The position numbers and the translations under genes were made by a program. From Paraspadella gotoi (taxonomy: Eukaryota; Animalia; Chaetognatha): a DNA stretch of 64,000 nucleotides. Positions 60,801 to 64,000 of this stretch are shown here, one piece after another. Under the pieces are notes generated by a model. That model was not told the DNA's origin and did not search any database. It was given only the letters and a program-made list of their open reading frames with translations. The first letter of the stretch is position 1. The number at the start of each line of letters is the position of its first letter. Location of the stretch: assembly GCA_051294375.1 (NCBI GenBank), contig CM119263.1:12067130-12131129 (forward strand), given 5' to 3'.

Positions 60801-63673
60801 TATTTTTTTGAAAAATGATCAAATCAATACTAATTCCCTCTTCAAAATTATTATAATCTGGTGTGTCCATCGAGTTAAAGCTTTCCTTAACATTGCCCAA
60901 GAGGGTCATTAGATTCATGGATTATCTCAATGTTCGAGCCCTTAGTTGTCATTTAGAAAGTGAAATGGGCCAAGTAATCCGCCGGTAGTCTGGATTCTGG
61001 ACGCCATGACTACTCTGTCTCAACATGAGGTAACACACAGTTAAAGCTTTGAGATTGCCTTGTAGAAAAGTGAGATGGACTGGGTAACCCGCCAGTAGGC
61101 AGGGCCTGCCTCCAGATCCAAAACTCTTGACTCCATAACACATATACTGTGTATAATGTAAATTGTATATGTATATATAAATTAGGTCACGTGATCAGAA
61201 TTTTAATGCGGCATAGTTCGTGTAATGCTTGCTTATTTTTGTTGATTTTTAGTTGCGCCGCAAGTCCTCGCGCAGCAACTCTATAACCCACTTTTCAGTC
61301 GGTATGTCTGTCTGTCGATCTGTCCCACTTACGTTAAAAATGCTCATAACTCGCCTGTTCATTTGTTAAGTGACTGCTAGCGCCGCCATCAGGAAATCCT
61401 AAAACAGAATAAAAGACCAAAATTCCGATGCAGTGCGTGTCATAAATACATTGCAGCCATATCATGTCGTGTTATGTAATAAAATAAATAAATAATAAAA
61501 AATAAAATAAAATAATAAAATAATAAATAGATACACATGAAAATAAAGTCACTGTGGCGCAACACAATTGGATGAACCGATCTTGTTAAAAGATAAGTGA
61601 TAAACCATAAGATTATTTTTGGGCATGTATTTTATATTTGTTTTGCCAAATAACCACCAAAGAATGCTTCTCGATAGAAAGTCAGTGTAGCGCAACACTC
61701 TTGAACTTCGGTTTTTTAAAAAAATTGGCCCTACACTTATTAGGATGCCAGGTCCCATAGAATCAAAAATTTACAGTGAGTACATGCTCGAACGAAAATT
61801 TAGACATTTTTAAGTTTACTTTCAATGGACAAAAAAAATCTCTTATGGCTCTATACCCTAGTAATTAATTTATATATAGTCGGTCCGCCACCACAATCTT
61901 GTCGGGCATTCACTTATATCATGTCAGAACATGGAATTATGATAAATTATGTCTGTCTGTCCGTCCGTCCCACTTTAGCAAAAAATTCCAATTACTTGTG
62001 ATTGGATGGATGGATTGGAATGACATTTTGTGTGTGGGTACTGAGTAAGGAAGTGTGTGATTGAGCTGGATATGAAGTTTTGATGGAATCGTGCGAGTGG
62101 AAATGAGTTTAAATGGAAAAAATAAAAAAAATCTATTTCACTATTTGAACACCAATTACTCATGAGTGGACGGGGCGATTGACTTGAAATTTTTTAAGTG
62201 GGTAGGAAAGTGTGTGATTATGCTGGAAATCAAGTTGGAATCGATGGAATCGTCTGAGTGGAAATGATTTTAAATAGAAAAAACAAAAAACCTGTTTCAC
62301 TAATTGATTATGCTTCTTTTTCGTTTTATATTAAATGTAAATGCGAGATGTATTGATTAATCAAATAATTAATCAGTTAATTAATCAATTAGTCAATTAA
62401 TTAACAAATAATTAATCGGTAAATTAATCAATTAATTAATCAATTTATTAGGTTATCTATTAATTAATTATTCAATCAATCAATTTATTTATAAATTAAT
62501 TAATTATTTATTCAATCAATCAATCAAGTCAATCGTTATAAGCATTATTGTCGTCGCCATCATCGTCATCGACGAAAAGACCTAAAAACATACATTTCGG
62601 ATTAAATTAATTAATTTATATAATATAAATGATATAATAATGTTTTTTGTTGCGCCGCGAGTATTTTTTGGTCGATCTGTCTGTTAGTCGGTATGTCTTT
62701 CCGTCGGTATGTCTCACTTACTTTAAAAATTCATTATGGTGGACTAAAATTCACCAACCATCAGCGGCCATTGGTGCCGGAGGCAAGTCATTTCCGCCCC
62801 CAACCAAAGGTCCGGGGTTCTAGCCCGGTGGTCGTCTGGCAGTTAAGAGGGACGGGGCGCTTAATCCGCCTAACATGGTGTTACAGCCTGATCCGCAAGC
62901 TCAGGGTCTGCTTATATTGAACTGGTTCTGTCACTAAACACAACATAAATTACTGTCTCTTCACTTGGTGAGCCCGACTTCCGAACGCAACAGCAACAAC
63001 AACACTTTCAGGCGACATGCCTCAACCTGGCGATGCACTTTCCGCCCACAACACATCAGGCGACATGCCTCAACTTGGTGACGAACTTTCCACCAACACA
63101 CAACAATTCACTGAAGAGACGCAACAGACTTCTCCCTAAGGGGAGGGGGATGTATGGTGGACTAAAATCCGCCTGAAACATGGATGTGTCAGGAACTGAT
63201 CCGAAGCTCAGGGACTGCTTATATTGAACGGTTTTGTCACTAACACATAACAATATTACTGTCTCTTCAAGCATACTAATTTGCCTACAGCTTGGTTGCT
63301 TATTTTTAGACAGAAAAAAACTTTAAAAAACTTCAGGGAAGCCTAAAACTAAAAGGAATAAAAGAATGGAACTTCGATGCAGTGCATGTCATAAATACAA
63401 GGACTAAAAAAGTTTCGATGTCAATGTCATGACACATCAAAAATAAAGTTACTGCGGCGCAACACATTGGAATCACCGTTTCTTGTTTCTAATTTTTATT
63501 CTTTGATTTTTTTCAAATAACAGCCAAATACTAGCCTAAAAGTAAATTTATTTGAATCTGTTAGGAAATGTTTGGCTAACCATCAAGAAGAATATCTATA
63601 AAAATCTCAGAGACATACAACACCAATGGGATATTGCCCACAAAACAGATCCATTGATTGCAGAAACTTACAG
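4352..63673 (+). CDS. ABCA: Multi-exon ABCA-subfamily ABC transporter (ABCA3-like), partial: end of NBD1 to NBD2 Q-loop
   Basis: Phase-consistent AG/GT(GC)-bounded exons give ABCA motifs in the right order: [88 protein letters not shown]. Exact orthology cannot be assigned by eye. Confidence 0.93.
4784..5412 (-). mobile_element. HINE family 1 copy
   Basis: Both ends present. Further copies at 5964-6362, ~13010-13545, 17748-17900, 23422-23855, 24380-24720, 39040-39520 and 61880-62600. Confidence 0.82.
5809..5929 (+). CDS. ABCA exon: regulatory domain 1 (apparent frameshift; GC donor)
   Basis: [19 protein letters not shown], then in another frame [19 protein letters not shown]; ends CCA G|gcaatt in the phase required by the next exon. 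Confidence 0.75.
6407..7146 (-). mobile_element. HINE family 1 copy with central ~20-bp tandem array
   Basis: Both ends present; (TTGCATcATTTTTTAAAC)n at ~6510-6740. Confidence 0.85.
8678..9454. mobile_element. TIR element with ~150-bp imperfect TIRs, internal ORF and 12-bp tandem repeat
   Basis: AGTAAAAACTACGTAAACCGCCTCGTAGACTCGCCGTT and its inverse at ~9417-9454; (CGCCGCCGAYTT)n at ~9190-9275. Confidence 0.78.
12315..12438 (+). CDS. ABCA exon: regulatory domain 1
   Basis: atag|GT CTT..; [41 protein letters not shown] resembles the ABCA LGIxSxGxSxTTLEEVF motif; donor aa|gtaat. Confidence 0.9.
12525..12564 (+). CDS. ABCA small linker exon
   Basis: tttttag|A TTT ATG..GAA GGG|gtgaga ([13 protein letters not shown]); bridges phase 2 to phase 0. 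Confidence 0.7.
13670..14785. mobile_element. hAT-like non-autonomous element
   Basis: TIR TAGTGTTCCGATAACCGTTAA / TTAACGGTTATCGGAACTCTA; subterminal AACCGTT repeats; imperfect TSD GCCATGA. Confidence 0.8.
15013..16324 (-). mobile_element. HINE family 3 nested in a family 1 copy
   Basis: 5' ATCGAGCCT..AGGCTCGAT hairpin, (GTC)n, ~22-bp tandem array; splits the host A-run with no TSD; inverted homologue of 1-1140. Confidence 0.82.
17076..17240 (+). CDS. ABCA linker exon before TMD2
   Basis: ttttcag|CAA..CAA|gttagt; 55 codons [15 protein letters not shown] joining in frame to ALFKKR. Confidence 0.8.
18447..18727 (+). CDS. ABCA exon: first TM helix of TMD2 and start of ECD2
   Basis: taaaag|GCT..; [37 protein letters not shown]; donor at|gtgagt. 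Confidence 0.88.
19869..20073 (+). CDS. ABCA exon: ECD2
   Basis: tttttcag|A ATC..CAG|gtgtga; open frame, phase matches both neighbours. Confidence 0.72.
20978..21267 (-). mobile_element. Solo LTR of tRNA/twister-bearing family B
   Basis: Starts TGTAGTCGGGCATTGC on the - strand; TSD ACTG (20974-77, 21268-71); homologous to 44979-45825, 50410-50670 (-), 50295-50408 (+) and 31314-31410. Confidence 0.8.
21335..22084 (+). mobile_element. HINE/DINE-1-like element, family 1 (near complete)
   Basis: 5' subTIR TCGGATCTGC, GTCY microsatellite, 3' GCAGATCCGAC then hairpin GTTTG-CT-CAAAC, T-rich flanks. Confidence 0.85.
22112..22190 (+). CDS. ABCA exon: ECD2
   Basis: tttttcag|ACT AAA..TCA G|gtgtga ([26 protein letters not shown]); bridges phase 0 to 1. 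Confidence 0.68.
22909..23137 (-). mobile_element. HINE family 2 (subTIR GTTGCGCCGC)
   Basis: Both ends present; other copies at 47875-48209, ~61251-61587 and 62648-63488. Confidence 0.78.
24194..24312 (+). CDS. ABCA exon: ECD2
   Basis: ttacag|AT TTA..CAG|gttatg; [19 protein letters not shown] resembles the ABCA AxFNNxxxHSxxxxL motif. Confidence 0.85.
25873..25919 (+). CDS. ABCA exon: ECD2
   Basis: ttttcag|GCC ATT AAT..AAA AG|gtaatt ([15 protein letters not shown]). Confidence 0.8.
26655..26835 (+). CDS. ABCA exon: end of ECD2, TM helix and ERxxxAKHVQ motif
   Basis: tttacag|A TTA..CAA|gtaatt; [28 protein letters not shown]. Confidence 0.92.
27454..27687 (+). mobile_element. Solo LTR of TRIM family A
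   Basis: Complete LTR flanked by TSD GGTG (27450-53, 27688-91); older or partial copies at ~19011-19248 (-), 46682-46815 and 50953-50985. Confidence 0.88.
27562..27635 (+). ncRNA. Predicted P5-type twister ribozyme in family A LTR
   Basis: GCAGT..GA-CGG-ggcgct-TAA-CCC-GC-[CTGTAACA/TGTTACAG]-CCTGA-TCCGAAGC-TCAGG-G-ACTGC; manual match to the twister consensus including both pseudoknots. Confidence 0.7.
29080..29679 (-). mobile_element. HINE family 1 copy with central 18-bp tandem array
   Basis: Both ends present; (GCATAATTTGGTCAACTT)n at ~29260-29480. Confidence 0.85.
29864..29906 (-). ncRNA. Minimal type I hammerhead ribozyme (PLE type)
   Basis: rc: ATG-CTGATGA-A-GGCTTG(aatccaa)CAAGCC-GAAAC-AT-GTC-CGT; intact core, palindromic stem III. 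Confidence 0.78.
30218..30260 (+). ncRNA. Minimal type I hammerhead ribozyme (PLE type)
   Basis: ATG-CTGATGA-A-GGCTT..AAGCT-GAAACATGTC-CGT. Confidence 0.72.
31070..31215 (+). CDS. ABCA exon: TMD2
   Basis: tttcaag|GTT..AAA GT|gtacgt; [38 protein letters not shown] (ABCA SGxxxxxYWxxxxxWD motif). Confidence 0.92.
35325..35349. other. Assembly gap (25 N)
   Basis: Run of 25 Ns. Confidence 0.99.
37259..37358 (+). CDS. ABCA exon: TMD2
   Basis: ttacag|G TAC..CTG|gtaaat; [33 protein letters not shown]. Confidence 0.9.
37934..38551. mobile_element. hAT-like MITE with 7-bp TSD
   Basis: Ends GGCTACCCCTA; TSD CTTTAAG on both sides. Confidence 0.8.
38794..38949 (+). CDS. ABCA exon: TMD2
   Basis: ctccag|CTC..GAA|gtaagt; [40 protein letters not shown]. 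Confidence 0.88.
40716..41354 (-). mobile_element. Full-length TRIM (family A) with tRNA-like and twister-like motifs in both LTRs
   Basis: Direct repeats 40716-40949 and 41134-41354; PBS TGGTGAGCCCGAC (rc 41120-41132); PPT GGGAGGGGGGA (rc ~40952-40962); TSD ACGT at 40712-15 and 41355-58. Confidence 0.9.
42628..43185 (-). mobile_element. Tc1/mariner deletion derivative
   Basis: TA TSD; TIR CTATCTAGGAAAAAGTATATCACA; retains decayed transposase C-terminus; duplicate at ~56083-56632. Confidence 0.85.
43230..43582 (-). mobile_element. Divergent solo LTR (family C) related to family A
   Basis: TGT..ACA termini; degenerate tRNA-like and twister-like region at ~43401-43545; imperfect TSD GAGA/GGGA. 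Confidence 0.6.
45017..45570. mobile_element. hAT-like MITE with 7-bp TSD
   Basis: Starts TAGCGGTAGCC; TSD CTATAAG; inserted in a family B LTR. Confidence 0.8.
45676..45753 (+). ncRNA. Predicted P5-type twister ribozyme in family B LTR
   Basis: GA-GGA-cagccg-TAA-GCT-GC-[P3]-CATGG-TTCCAAGC-CCAGG; TCC/GGA pseudoknot. Confidence 0.68.
46028..46056 (+). CDS. Candidate 29-nt ABCA exon ([10 protein letters not shown])
   Basis: A phase 0 to phase 2 bridge is needed between 38949 and 46103; taatag|GAG..CTG TG|gtaagt fits, leaving a 46-nt intron; the acceptor is weak. Confidence 0.45.
46103..46259 (+). CDS. ABCA exon: extracellular loop before last TM
   Basis: tttttcag|T GAA..AAG|gtagat; [18 protein letters not shown]. 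Confidence 0.75.
47108..47242 (+). CDS. ABCA exon: YAWxxPGIGR motif
   Basis: attaag|GTT..CAG|gtaaat; [36 protein letters not shown]. Confidence 0.9.
48778..49369. mobile_element. hAT-like MITE nested antiparallel in a related copy
   Basis: TAGGG..CCCCTA; TSD TCAGAAT (48771-77, 49370-76); host ~48380-49548. Confidence 0.8.
49808..50128 (+). CDS. ABCA exon: last TM to start of NBD2
   Basis: ccttag|ATG..AAG|gtttt; [42 protein letters not shown]. Confidence 0.93.
50720..50807 (+). CDS. ABCA exon: NBD2 Walker A
   Basis: ttgtcag|GGT CAA..CAC G|gtttgt; [29 protein letters not shown] (a different frame from the listed ORF). Confidence 0.95.
52137..61871 (+). repeat. Direct duplicate of 39348-48493
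   Basis: Collinear throughout, with dense small indels especially in 52137-55200. Confidence 0.92.
59504..60625 (+). pseudogene. Frameshifted duplicate copies of exons 46103-46259 and 47108-47242
   Basis: 59504-59659 and 60495-60625 lie in the direct duplication and carry indels. Confidence 0.75.
62735..63269 (+). mobile_element. Second TRIM family A insertion, nested in a HINE; 3' LTR internally deleted
   Basis: TATGGTGGAC..CTCTTCA, PBS tggtgagcccgac, PPT ggggaggggga, second LTR lacking the tRNA-like part. Confidence 0.85.
63565..63673 (+). CDS. ABCA exon: NBD2 Q-loop (homopolymer indels, likely sequence errors)
   Basis: ttag|GA AAT GTT TGG; correcting three A-run indels gives [37 protein letters not shown]|gtgc. 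Confidence 0.82.
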
Positions 63674-63891
63674 GTGCATTCAAAGTTAATAAAAATTAAG
63701 GTTATTTGTTTCAGAGTCATGATTTTGGCAGAAGATTTAGTAGTTAATAGTTTGATTTGGTCTTTTCATGCCAATAATATAAAAGGAAAACAAATTATTT
63801 CTGGAAGTAACTTAATATTTATTTTTAAAATAAGCACTGATCTTCAGAGACTCCTGTCTCCCTCAAAGGTGCAATAACAAATTAACACAAA

Positions 63892-64000
63892 AATTTACAA
63901 AACAGTTTTAGGTAAGGTTTCTACTCTTCAGAGTGAGGAGAAATGGATTTTCAGCCAATGGAAGAGTAGAAACCTTACCTAAAAAACTGTTTTGTAAATT
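63892..64000. repeat. Inverted repeat (centre of a palindromic element running off the window)
   Basis: AATTTACAAAACAGTTTTAGGTAAGGTTTCTACTCTTC and its near reverse complement at 63961-64000. Confidence 0.75.

Overview
AT-rich animal (probably invertebrate) genomic DNA; nothing suggests a prokaryote. One protein-coding gene spans the window on the + strand: an ABCA-subfamily (ABCA3-like) ABC transporter. About 18 exons can be traced by splice phase, from the end of NBD1 (4352) through TMD2/ECD2 to the NBD2 Walker A (50720-50807) and Q-loop (63565-63673); both ends of the gene lie outside the window. The introns are packed with small non-autonomous elements: DINE-1/HINE-type Helentron derivatives (at least 3 families), Tc1 deletion derivatives, hAT-like MITEs with 7-bp TSDs, a CAC..GTG foldback element and Penelope-type repeats with minimal hammerhead ribozymes. 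The most unusual signal is a set of miniature LTR retrotransposons (TRIMs and solo LTRs; 4-bp TSD, tRNA-Trp-like PBS, PPT). Their LTRs carry a tRNA-derived Pol III promoter followed by a predicted circularly permuted (P5-type) twister ribozyme with a palindromic P1, and the predicted pairings covary across 2-3 divergent families. A ~3.1-kb inverted duplication around a 25-N gap and a ~9.5-kb noisy direct duplication are probably assembly or haplotype artefacts. All calls were made by eye; no searches were run.
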